From a virus: a stretch of 64,000 bases of DNA. Shown here one piece after another: positions 54,922 through 63,116 of the stretch. Position numbers and translations under genes: made by a program. Below the pieces are notes generated by a model. It saw only the letters and a program-made list of their open reading frames with translations, did not search any database and had not been told where the DNA came from. The stretch is from the IMG/VR virus record IMGVR_UViG_3300030104_005963; one strand, 5' to 3'. Position 1 is the first letter of the stretch. Each line of letters opens with the position of its first letter.

Positions 54922-55733
54922 TTACAATACACAATAGTGCTAGACAAATTCCAACAGGAGAGATTCTTTTGGAGAAAGTTTTAGATGGTATCGTTAATAA
55001 TACCACTGGTGACTATGAACTTCTTTGTATGCTTGATGGATGCACTGATGATTCTGACAAAATTGTAGACAAATACACTGATAGAGCTAATGTAAGATCA
55101 ATAGTTCTTCCAGATATATTTGAAGTTAGAACAAACAATGCTGCATTCAAAGAATCAAAAGGAGAGTTTGTAATTGTAGTGCAGGATGACCAGGTTGTTG
55201 CTGAAAAGGGTTGGAATGAAAGGATGCAGAAACCCTTTGATAATTTTTATGATGTGTTTGCTGTGACTGCAATGTGCTCTCACAATTGGGAAGTTAATCC
55301 TCACTCAATTCATCTTCATAATCCCAACATACCAGTAACAGGGTGGTGTGATATTTTAAATCATGTAGATCATGCCTCAGTAAATCATGGTTTGTCTAGG
55401 GATGTCTTTGCTGTAAGGTCTTCTGCTAACAGGGGACCTTTGATGATGAACTTAGATGATTTGAAAAAATTAAATTACCTTGATGATTCATTTGCCCCAT
55501 GTGATATGGATGATCATGACCTTATGTACAGGGCATTTCTTGAACTTGGTAAAGTTTGTGGTGCTTATACTATTAATATGGAACCAATGTCCTGGTCTAG
55601 TGGAGCAAGAGTTGGTGGTGATCTGCCCCTCTGGGCATACGAATCACAGCATAAAAATACCAGAACTTTTTATGAGAGATATCATAATGTGTTAGCATCT
55701 CATAGAATCATTGATAATAGAGTGTTAAAGTGA
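54900..55733 (+). CDS. GT2-family glycosyltransferase
   Basis: IVTIHN, DGCTDDS, VQDDQ, DMDDHD. Confidence 0.8.
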   Translation: MEMHSIIVTIHNSARQIPTGEILLEKVLDGIVNNTTGDYELLCMLDGCTDDSDKIVDKYTDRANVRSIVLPDIFEVRTNNAAFKESKGEFVIVVQDDQVVAEKGWNERMQKPFDNFYDVFAVTAMCSHNWEVNPHSIHLHNPNIPVTGWCDILNHVDHASVNHGLSRDVFAVRSSANRGPLMMNLDDLKKLNYLDDSFAPCDMDDHDLMYRAFLELGKVCGAYTINMEPMSWSSGARVGGDLPLWAYESQHKNTRTFYERYHNVLASHRIIDNRVLK

Positions 55734-55735
55734 CC

Positions 55736-55743
55736 TATAAATA
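55736..55743 (+). promoter_or_regulatory. T4-type late promoter
   Basis: TATAAATA. Confidence 0.7.
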
Positions 55744-55762
55744 TTAGTAAATTAATTTTAAC

Positions 55763-55858
55763 ATGAGCTTACCTGATTCTTATTATTTAAAGTTTGCTAA
55801 AAATATCTATACTCAGTGTGGTGAGGATGGAATTAAATATGAACTCGCCAAAGGATGA
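55763..55858 (+). pseudogene. 31-codon remnant resembling the N-terminus of a (Y)SQxGEDG-type methyltransferase-like gene
   Basis: MSLPDSYYLKFAKNIYTQCGEDGI, then runs directly into the cupin start region and stops. Confidence 0.45.
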
Positions 55859-56201
55859 AATTAAGTTTGTTCCCAAAGGTTGGGGATATGAAAAATGGAT
55901 TACCAACGGACCTTTATATTGCGGAAAAATTCTCTGGTTTTGTAAAGGAAAAAAATGTTCTTGGCATTATCATAAAAAGAAAGATGAAGTATTTTATGTT
56001 CACAGTGGCAAGTTAGAAGTTTATTGGAGTTGGCATGATGATTTTCATGAGGCATACATTAAAATATTGAGTCCTGGAGAAAAATTTTATGTTCCTGTGG
56101 GCATGAGACACAGGATGATTGCATTAGAAGATACTGAAATGTTTGAATTTTCAACCGAACATTTTGATGAGGATAGTATTCGTATTGAAAAAGGAGATTA
56201 A
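55839..56201 (+). CDS. Cupin-fold sugar isomerase-like protein
   Basis: KGWGYE, SWHYH.KKDE.FY, HR.IA, EFST. Confidence 0.8.
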   Translation: MNSPKDEIKFVPKGWGYEKWITNGPLYCGKILWFCKGKKCSWHYHKKKDEVFYVHSGKLEVYWSWHDDFHEAYIKILSPGEKFYVPVGMRHRMIALEDTEMFEFSTEHFDEDSIRIEKGD

Positions 56202-57001
56202 TGGACAAAAATAAATCAGCATATAAACTTAAAGGACTTCCTCCAATTTATTATATCAATCTTGATGGTGAACCAGAAAGAAAAATTTATATGGAGGCAC
56301 AACTAAAATACTGGGAGATAGAAAACTACACTCGTATTAGTGCCTATGATGGTCGTGAGGACGACCTAAGTGATATTATTAAAGGGAAGTATCCGGACAT
56401 GGTTTCGTCCGGTGAGATTGGATGTGTGACCTCTCATCTTAAGGCAATTAAACACTGGTACGATACTAGTGATACTTCTTATGCAATTATTATGGAAGAT
56501 GACTGTAGTTTAGATACTGCAAAGTGTTGGAACTTTACATGGAAAGATTTTATTGCAAAAGTTCCTTATGCCTGGGATGTAATTCAACTCGCAATTATTT
56601 CTACTGGTGATGTGCATGTACCTATTCATAATAGATTTGTAAATGATTTTTCGACAGCTTGTTATATCATTACAAGACACCATGCGAAGAAATTAATTGA
56701 CTTCCATATTCGAGGTGACAAATATAAACTTGATTGTGGAGTTAAACCACGTCCTGTTGCCGATGATTTAATTTACAACTCTGGACTAACATTTGCCACA
56801 CCACTTTTGTTGTATCGTATCCAACTAGGGTCATCTATTCATCCAGAACATGTTGATATTTTTCATAAAAATAGTCATGACGGAATTTTAAATTTTTGGC
56901 AGCAGCACGGATCTGATATTACTGTTGATGACATTACCAATTTTGATCCTTACTTTAACAAAATCAGTAATCCGTCAGGAAATTCCGGTCAAGGGGCTTG
57001 A
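56201..57001 (+). CDS. GT25-family glycosyltransferase
   Basis: IYYINLD..ER, GEIGC..SH, IMEDD. Confidence 0.8.
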   Translation: MDKNKSAYKLKGLPPIYYINLDGEPERKIYMEAQLKYWEIENYTRISAYDGREDDLSDIIKGKYPDMVSSGEIGCVTSHLKAIKHWYDTSDTSYAIIMEDDCSLDTAKCWNFTWKDFIAKVPYAWDVIQLAIISTGDVHVPIHNRFVNDFSTACYIITRHHAKKLIDFHIRGDKYKLDCGVKPRPVADDLIYNSGLTFATPLLLYRIQLGSSIHPEHVDIFHKNSHDGILNFWQQHGSDITVDDITNFDPYFNKISNPSGNSGQGA

Positions 57002-57026
57002 CAAAATCTTTACATTACTATATACT
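56998..57026 (+). promoter_or_regulatory. sigma70-like promoter for the hli cluster
   Basis: TTGACA, 17 nt, TATACT. Confidence 0.8.
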
Positions 57027-57053
57027 TATGTAAAGTTATACAACACAAAGTAA

Positions 57054-57263
57054 ATGACCGTAACGACTAATGACCGTGGACAGCAAAATCTCTTTGCTAA
57101 AGAACCACGCATGTACATCTCACAGACAGACGCTGAGCGTTATGGTTACGAGAGCTATGCAGAAAAGGCAGAGAAACTGAATGGTCGCACTGCGATGATC
57201 GGATTCTTCTTTGCCGTATTTTCTTATGCTCTAACTGGTAATCTTTTCTTCGGTCTTTACTGA
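57054..57263 (+). CDS. hli: High-light-inducible protein
   Basis: AEKLNGRTAMIGF chlorophyll-binding motif, TG.LFFG. Confidence 0.9.
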   Translation: MTVTTNDRGQQNLFAKEPRMYISQTDAERYGYESYAEKAEKLNGRTAMIGFFFAVFSYALTGNLFFGLY

Positions 57264-57372
57264 TATCGTAGAAGTTTTTACTATTACTAGTATTGTATTT
57301 CTTGTCTAATGGCATACTTGAAATTTCCGAATTACCATAGTAATATATACGGAGAGAGTAAATTTATTTTAT

Positions 57373-57546
57373 ATGCCAAATCCCAATGGTCTTTACGAAG
57401 ACATGGAGAAACTAAATGCCCTTTACGAAGAACTTTGTTGGGGGCATGACGACGAACTAATCTTTACCCATGATGGTGAAGAAATCATTATCTACAACAA
57501 AACACAACAGGAGAAAAACAATGAACGAAACAGCAGAACGCATTAA
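57373..57546 (+). CDS. Small hypothetical protein (57 aa, not in ORF track)
   Basis: MPNPNGLYEDMEKLNALYEELCWGHDDEL.F. Confidence 0.6.
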   Translation: MPNPNGLYEDMEKLNALYEELCWGHDDELIFTHDGEEIIIYNKTQQEKNNERNSRTH

Positions 57547-57628
57547 TGGTTGGGCAGCAATGATCGGTGTCGTTGCAGCAATGGGATCTTATGCCGCAAC
57601 AGGACAACTTATTCCTGGTATTTGGTGA
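57521..57628 (+). CDS. hli: High-light-inducible protein (35 aa, not in ORF track)
   Basis: MNETAERINGWAAMIGVVAAMGSYAATGQLIPGIW; SD AGGAG upstream. Confidence 0.92.
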   Translation: MNETAERINGWAAMIGVVAAMGSYAATGQLIPGIW

Positions 57629-57689
57629 TGGGATTTGTAGTGGCAGCAGTGCTGCTGCTAATTCCACTTGCCGCAGCAGTAAAAAACTC

Positions 57690-57836
57690 ATGACCTACGA
57701 CTGGACTATACTTCAGACATTAATCTTTATCATCACACCTTTTTTTCTAATGCTTGCTATAAGTAGTGGAGATGAAGATGATGATGGTTCAGATGGTGGA
57801 ATGCTGACACCAGCATATGCACCATCTCCAAGTTGA
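57690..57836 (+). CDS. Small membrane protein
   Basis: TM plus DEDDDG.DGG acidic tail; internal ATG of ORF 57567. Confidence 0.55.
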   Translation: MTYDWTILQTLIFIITPFFLMLAISSGDEDDDGSDGGMLTPAYAPSPS

Positions 57837-57839
57837 TGT

Positions 57840-57873
57840 TAGACTCTCTACATAAGGTAGAGGGTCTATTTTT
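57840..57873 (+). terminator. Rho-independent terminator
   Basis: TAGACTCTCTAC-ATAAG-GTAGAGGGTCTA followed by a T run. Confidence 0.85.
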
Positions 57874-58023
57874 ATGCCTAAAAATCAGGTTAGTGTTGAA
57901 GAACTGAGAGTTCGTATAATGAGATTAAAACATGATTTAGGTTGGGAACCAAAAAATCAAAAAGAATTAACACAGAGATACCTGAGATATGTTCTTGATA
58001 TTTTAGATGAATATAGATATTAG
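57874..58023 (+). CDS. Small hypothetical protein (49 aa, not in ORF track)
   Basis: MPKNQVSVEELRVRIMRLKHDL..YL..VLD..DEY. Confidence 0.55.
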   Translation: MPKNQVSVEELRVRIMRLKHDLGWEPKNQKELTQRYLRYVLDILDEYRY

Positions 58024-58067
58024 AACATAATAAATACTATTATAAGAAAGGTATAGAGAATTATACG

Positions 58068-60920
58068 ATGTCTAGAGCAAGAAGTGTAGCTGATCTAGGT
58101 AATCAATCATTTAATTTCAGTGTTTCGGATGGTGCATTAAAAGTTGGTGCTGGCGTCACTATTGAAAGTACTGGTCAATCACAATTTGCCGGAATTATTA
58201 CTGCAACCAAATTTATTGGAGATGGGTCTGGACTTATTGATGTAACAGGAACTGGTTCTGGAGTCGTAGTTAAGAATAGTGGTTCTCCTGTAGGAACGGC
58301 TGCAACAATAGATTTTGGTGCAAATTTGTCAGTTAGTGCCGCATCTGCTGGCATTGTTACTATTACTGGTGAGGCAGGTGGTGGGGATACTGTATCCATA
58401 AATGCTACTGCAGATGATATTCTTTCAGCATCATCTGGATCTATTTCTGCCGATGATGCAGGTGCAGATAAGTTAGTATTCTGGGATGATTCTGCAGGTA
58501 AGTTAACTTACCTTACTGTAGGATCAAATTTAACGGTTAGTGATACAACAATAACGGCCTCTGGTAGTGGGGGTAGTGGAGCTCAAGGTGCTCAAGGTGT
58601 TCAAGGTGCTGCCGGTGCAGCCGGTGCTCAAGGTGCTGCCGGCGCTCAAGGTGCTACCGGAGCTGCTGGTGCTCAAGGTGCAGCCGGAGCTGTCGGTGCT
58701 CAAGGTGCAGCCGGAGCTGCCGGTGCTCAAGGTGCTGCCGGTGCTCAAGGTGCTGCCGGTGCTCAAGGTGCTGCTGGTGCCGTTGGTGCTCAAGGTGCTG
58801 CTGGAGATATTGTCACGACAAGATCAACTAGTCGTTTTGTTGCAACAGCAGCACAATCAGCATTCTCTACATCATATACTGTTGGTTATGTTGATGTATT
58901 TTTAAATGGTAGTAAACTTGATGGAACTGAGTATGCTGCAACGAATGGAAGTTCTGTTAGTTTAACAACTGCTGCAGCTGCCGATGATATTGTTGAAATC
59001 ATTGCTTATGAAACTGTTGGTATAACTTCTATATCATCTGCAACACAAGGATTAAATGTTACTGGTATTATAACTGCTACTGGTGGTATTGATGCCATAG
59101 GAATCCAATCGGGTGGTGTAAATATTTCTACAGGAATTGTTACTGCTCTTAATTTTATTGGTACTGGTAATACTTTTGCTGTTAATGGAAACGTAGTTGA
59201 TATTAGTATTGCTGGTGGTGGTGGAGATACTGTATCTATAGAATCTAGTGCAACTGATATTCTTTCAGTATCATCCGGAGATATTTCTGCCGATGATGCA
59301 GGTGCAGATAAGTTGGTATTCTGGGATGATTCTGCATCAAAGTTAACTTACCTTACTGTAGGATCAAATTTAACGGTTACGGATACAACAATAGCAGCTT
59401 CCGGTGGTAGTAGTGGTATATCTAGTGTTTTTGAAGATACGACACCACGACTTAGTGGAGATTTGGATGCTAATTCTAAAAACATAACAGGAATCAGTAG
59501 TATAGATTCTGGTAGTGGAGAACTATTTGTTAAATCTGATATAATTACATTTAAAAAATACGATGACACTGAGAGTATTGCTGTATTTAATTCTGATGGT
59601 CCTGTCAACCTATTCTTTAACGGCAGTAAGAAATTTGAAACCACAAGTACTGGTGCTGAAATAACTGGTGATTTAACTGCAACATCATTCAGTGGTTCTG
59701 GTGCTTCTCTAACTGGTGTTGTAACTTCTATTGTTGCCGGATCTAATATTACATTAACTGGTGGACCAACTGGTGCTATTACAATTGCAGCATCTGGTGG
59801 AGGAGGTGGTATTGATGCCATAGGAATTCAATCTGCCGGAACACTTGTCGGAACTGCAACAACTATAAACTTTGGTTCTGGAGCAACCATTACAAACAAT
59901 GTTGCATCAGTTTCTGTTGGATCTACTACTAGATTTGTTGGTGCCAGAATATATTTCAATGATATGACTCCTGCAGGATCGGGTTCTTATTATAATGTAG
60001 ATCAAAATGATTATGATGGTATTACTATAGATACAAATTCCTTCTATAATTCCACTAATGGTAGATTTGTTATACCAGCAGGTGTATCAAAAGTTAGATT
60101 TACAATAACTCTTAGTAAAGATACAGGTGCTATTAATAATGCTTGGCTTGTAAGGAAAAATGGAACCCAAATCTATACTAGCGAGGGTGGTATATTTCAT
60201 GAATTTGAGAGTTCTGGATATACTAATGTTGGAAGTGGTGCTATCACTGGTATATTATCATGTGAAGAAAATGATTATTTTCAACTTTCATATAATGTTG
60301 CTGCTACTACAGCAGATTGGTCTGGTTCTTTCCAAATAGAGGTTGTCGAGGGAGATATTCTTGGAACTTATTTTTCTGCTAATAATATTGTAGATGATAC
60401 AACTCCACAACTTGGCGGAAATTTAGATCTTAATGGTAAAAATATAACCGGAACTGGTAATGCCAATATCACAGGTATTATAACTGCAACAACATTTAGT
60501 GGTTCTGGCGCATCATTAACATCAATCCCTGCCGGACAATTGACAGGAACACTTCCAGCAATTAGTGGTGTTAATCTGACTGGTGTTGTAACTTCTATTA
60601 CTGCTGGATCTAATATTACATTAACTGGTGGACCAACTGGAGCTATTACTATTGCAGCATCTGGTGGAGGAGGTGGTGGAGATACTGTATCCATAGAATC
60701 TAGTGCAACTGATATTCTTTCAGTATCATCTGGAGCTATTTCTGCTGATGATGCAGGTGCAGATAAGTTGGTGTTCTGGGATGATTCTGCAGGTAAATTA
60801 ACTTACCTTACTGTAGGATCAAATTTAACAGTTACGAATACAACAATAACGGCCTCTGGAGGAGGTGGAGGTGGAGGTGGATCGAATGGATTTGCCGTAA
60901 TTGCTGGAATGATATTCTAA
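58068..60920 (+). CDS. Tail-fibre-like virion protein with collagen-like repeats and a C1q-like region
   Basis: G-A-Q/G-A-A triplets, GIITAT.F.G.G.L modules, YNSTNGRFVIPAG, three duplicated 61-aa modules. Confidence 0.75.
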   Translation: MSRARSVADLGNQSFNFSVSDGALKVGAGVTIESTGQSQFAGIITATKFIGDGSGLIDVTGTGSGVVVKNSGSPVGTAATIDFGANLSVSAASAGIVTITGEAGGGDTVSINATADDILSASSGSISADDAGADKLVFWDDSAGKLTYLTVGSNLTVSDTTITASGSGGSGAQGAQGVQGAAGAAGAQGAAGAQGATGAAGAQGAAGAVGAQGAAGAAGAQGAAGAQGAAGAQGAAGAVGAQGAAGDIVTTRSTSRFVATAAQSAFSTSYTVGYVDVFLNGSKLDGTEYAATNGSSVSLTTAAAADDIVEIIAYETVGITSISSATQGLNVTGIITATGGIDAIGIQSGGVNISTGIVTALNFIGTGNTFAVNGNVVDISIAGGGGDTVSIESSATDILSVSSGDISADDAGADKLVFWDDSASKLTYLTVGSNLTVTDTTIAASGGSSGISSVFEDTTPRLSGDLDANSKNITGISSIDSGSGELFVKSDIITFKKYDDTESIAVFNSDGPVNLFFNGSKKFETTSTGAEITGDLTATSFSGSGASLTGVVTSIVAGSNITLTGGPTGAITIAASGGGGGIDAIGIQSAGTLVGTATTINFGSGATITNNVASVSVGSTTRFVGARIYFNDMTPAGSGSYYNVDQNDYDGITIDTNSFYNSTNGRFVIPAGVSKVRFTITLSKDTGAINNAWLVRKNGTQIYTSEGGIFHEFESSGYTNVGSGAITGILSCEENDYFQLSYNVAATTADWSGSFQIEVVEGDILGTYFSANNIVDDTTPQLGGNLDLNGKNITGTGNANITGIITATTFSGSGASLTSIPAGQLTGTLPAISGVNLTGVVTSITAGSNITLTGGPTGAITIAASGGGGGGDTVSIESSATDILSVSSGAISADDAGADKLVFWDDSAGKLTYLTVGSNLTVTNTTITASGGGGGGGGSNGFAVIAGMIF
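58383..60860 (+). repeat. Three dispersed 183-nt direct repeats (58383-58565, 59223-59405, 60678-60860)
   Basis: GDTVSI..A.DILS.SSG.ISADDAGADKLVFWDDSA.KLTYLTVGSNLTV..TTI.ASG, near-identical at DNA level. Confidence 0.9.
58578..58805 (+). repeat. Collagen-like (GGT GCT CAA / GGT GCT GCC)n repeat
   Basis: Uninterrupted Gly-X-Y run. Confidence 0.9.
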
Positions 60921-60942
60921 ATATAACTAAGGAGATAAAAAC

Positions 60943-61305
60943 ATGAGCGCACCAAATTTAGCAAGTCCAACAACAATTAATGGCAAAACTGCAAGGGTAG
61001 GAATAACAACCACAGCAATTGTTGGTGTTATTACTAATGCTAGTTCTAGTGGTAAAGTATTAAAAATAAATTCAATATTTGCAGCAAATGTTGATCCAAC
61101 AACTGCTGTAGATGTAAGTGTATCTGTATATGATGGAACTAATGACTATTATATTGCATCAACAATTTCTGTTCCTATAAAGGCAACCCAAATAATTTCT
61201 CAAAAAGATTCATACTTTTACTTAGAGGAAGGAGATCAATTAAGAATCACTGCAGGTGCTGCTGGTGATCTTAATATTATTGTTGGTTATGAGGATATTT
61301 CATAA
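60943..61305 (+). CDS. Small fibre-associated structural protein
   Basis: MSAPNL..TTI.GKT..., KINSIFAANVD, YLEEGD.L; SD AAGGAG. Confidence 0.65.
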   Translation: MSAPNLASPTTINGKTARVGITTTAIVGVITNASSSGKVLKINSIFAANVDPTTAVDVSVSVYDGTNDYYIASTISVPIKATQIISQKDSYFYLEEGDQLRITAGAAGDLNIIVGYEDIS

Positions 61306-63101
61306 TGTCTAAATCGAGAGGACTTATATCTGGATCGACAACGGTTCGATCAAGAACTTCGGGAATGTATGATAATGATGATAATGTAAGACTTTCTAAT
61401 ATTTCAACTAACGGTCTAGATAGTTTGGGTTTTGGACGGTCAATTTTAGCAGAGAATATTGCTAGTAGTGCATATGATTTTGAATGGTCTCCAGACGGAT
61501 TGCATTTATATATTGCAGAAAGTGGGGACTATATAAAACATTATACTGTTACTAAACCATTTACTACAACTGGTAAAACTCAAGTAGAATCTTTCAATAT
61601 TTCAACTTATGATAGTTCCAACTATGGTTTTACAATGAGTCCTGATGGAAAATATTTTTATGGTTCTGGACCAAATAGAGACGGTATATTCATGTTTACA
61701 TCGAATGTTCCATATTATCTTACAAATGGAGGTGCGCTTATAACTCCTAGTAGAACCACTTTTGCCTATGGATACAATCAAATAAATCATTACTTAGATA
61801 ATATTTTTGGTATTGGTTCTGCAGATGGTGGAATAAGAGGGATTGAATTTAATGGTGATGGCACGAAAATGTATTTGATTGGATTTAGTGATGATAATAT
61901 TCAACAATTTTCATTATCGACACCATATGAAATTGGAGATGCATATGATGCTTCGGCATATGATGGTGCTTACAATATTGGTGGAGATGGTATTACTTCT
62001 CCACAAGGTATGAGGTGGAATGATGATGGATCTAAGTTTTTTGTCGTAGATTCTTCTTTAGATTCGGTAATTGAGTATAGTGTATCAAATGCATATGATG
62101 TAACAACTGGAACAATAACTGAGGGAACAAATTTTTCTGTCAATTCATATGAAAACAATCCATATGATGTTGCATTTAATGCTGATGGAACAAAGATGTT
62201 TGTTATTGGAACTAGTAGTGATAAAATTCATGAATGGACTTTAAGCACTGGATTTGATTTATCATCAACAGTAACCTATGTTTCAGGAACATCATTAGGA
62301 TTAACAAATCCTGCAGCATTTGATTTTAGTCCTGATGGAACATTCATGGCAGTTGTTGATTGGTATAGTGATATCTTAAAGGGATATACTTTGAGTACTG
62401 GATTTGATTCATCAACAATTTCTGCAACACAGACACATGATTTGACTACTATAGAAGGTAGTTCTTATGGTGCTACAACTATAAAAAATCATTTCACTAC
62501 TCCATATGGATGTAGATTTAATGGTGATGGAACTAAAATTACAATAATGGATGGTTATAGTTCCTCTTATGATAAAGCAGCATCCATGCCATTATTAATA
62601 CCATATGATGTAAGAGGTCTTGCTGATGGTTATCTTAATACTATAGCACAAGGAATGGATAATCCCTGGACAATAAGGTTTAGTCGTGATGGAAAAAAAC
62701 TTTATATTTTAGATGGAAGTGATAGTAAAATATATCAATGGGCTTTACATACACCATATGCTCTGGGAAGAGGATCAAGTATTGTTACTTTTGAGGGTAA
62801 GTCATCATCTATTAATGGAGGTGATCCTAGTCCTAGAGGTTTTGATTGGACACACGATGGAAAAGGTATGTTTTTTATGGGTGCTAGTAATGATACAATT
62901 TATTTTTATACAGTCTCAACACCATTTGATGTCACTAGTACATTAACATATAAAAGTAGTTATGATATATCATATTTTGAAGCATATCCATACGTAATTC
63001 GTGTAGTTAACTGTCATAGTAGAGATGATGGTGGTGGATATAAACTTCAGCTTCTTGGAGTAGATAAAGATGATATATTTGAATATGATATAAATTTCTA
63101 A
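61305..63101 (+). CDS. Beta-propeller repeat protein (putative receptor-binding/fibre tip)
   Basis: Nine F/W-x-x-D-G-x-K-type blade motifs, alternating with LSTPYE/LSTGFD segments. Confidence 0.7.
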   Translation: MSKSRGLISGSTTVRSRTSGMYDNDDNVRLSNISTNGLDSLGFGRSILAENIASSAYDFEWSPDGLHLYIAESGDYIKHYTVTKPFTTTGKTQVESFNISTYDSSNYGFTMSPDGKYFYGSGPNRDGIFMFTSNVPYYLTNGGALITPSRTTFAYGYNQINHYLDNIFGIGSADGGIRGIEFNGDGTKMYLIGFSDDNIQQFSLSTPYEIGDAYDASAYDGAYNIGGDGITSPQGMRWNDDGSKFFVVDSSLDSVIEYSVSNAYDVTTGTITEGTNFSVNSYENNPYDVAFNADGTKMFVIGTSSDKIHEWTLSTGFDLSSTVTYVSGTSLGLTNPAAFDFSPDGTFMAVVDWYSDILKGYTLSTGFDSSTISATQTHDLTTIEGSSYGATTIKNHFTTPYGCRFNGDGTKITIMDGYSSSYDKAASMPLLIPYDVRGLADGYLNTIAQGMDNPWTIRFSRDGKKLYILDGSDSKIYQWALHTPYALGRGSSIVTFEGKSSSINGGDPSPRGFDWTHDGKGMFFMGASNDTIYFYTVSTPFDVTSTLTYKSSYDISYFEAYPYVIRVVNCHSRDDGGGYKLQLLGVDKDDIFEYDINF

Positions 63102-63116
63102 ATACTTAAAAACCTC

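Noticed and set aside
58530-58793. Minus-strand STGSTL-repeat ORFs (also 63177..63542 and 63762..63998)
   Set aside because: Reverse-complement readings of the collagen repeats.
58578-58805. Tandem repeats as a possible CRISPR array
   Set aside because: 9/18/27-nt in-frame Gly-X-Y coding repeats with no unique spacers and no cas genes.
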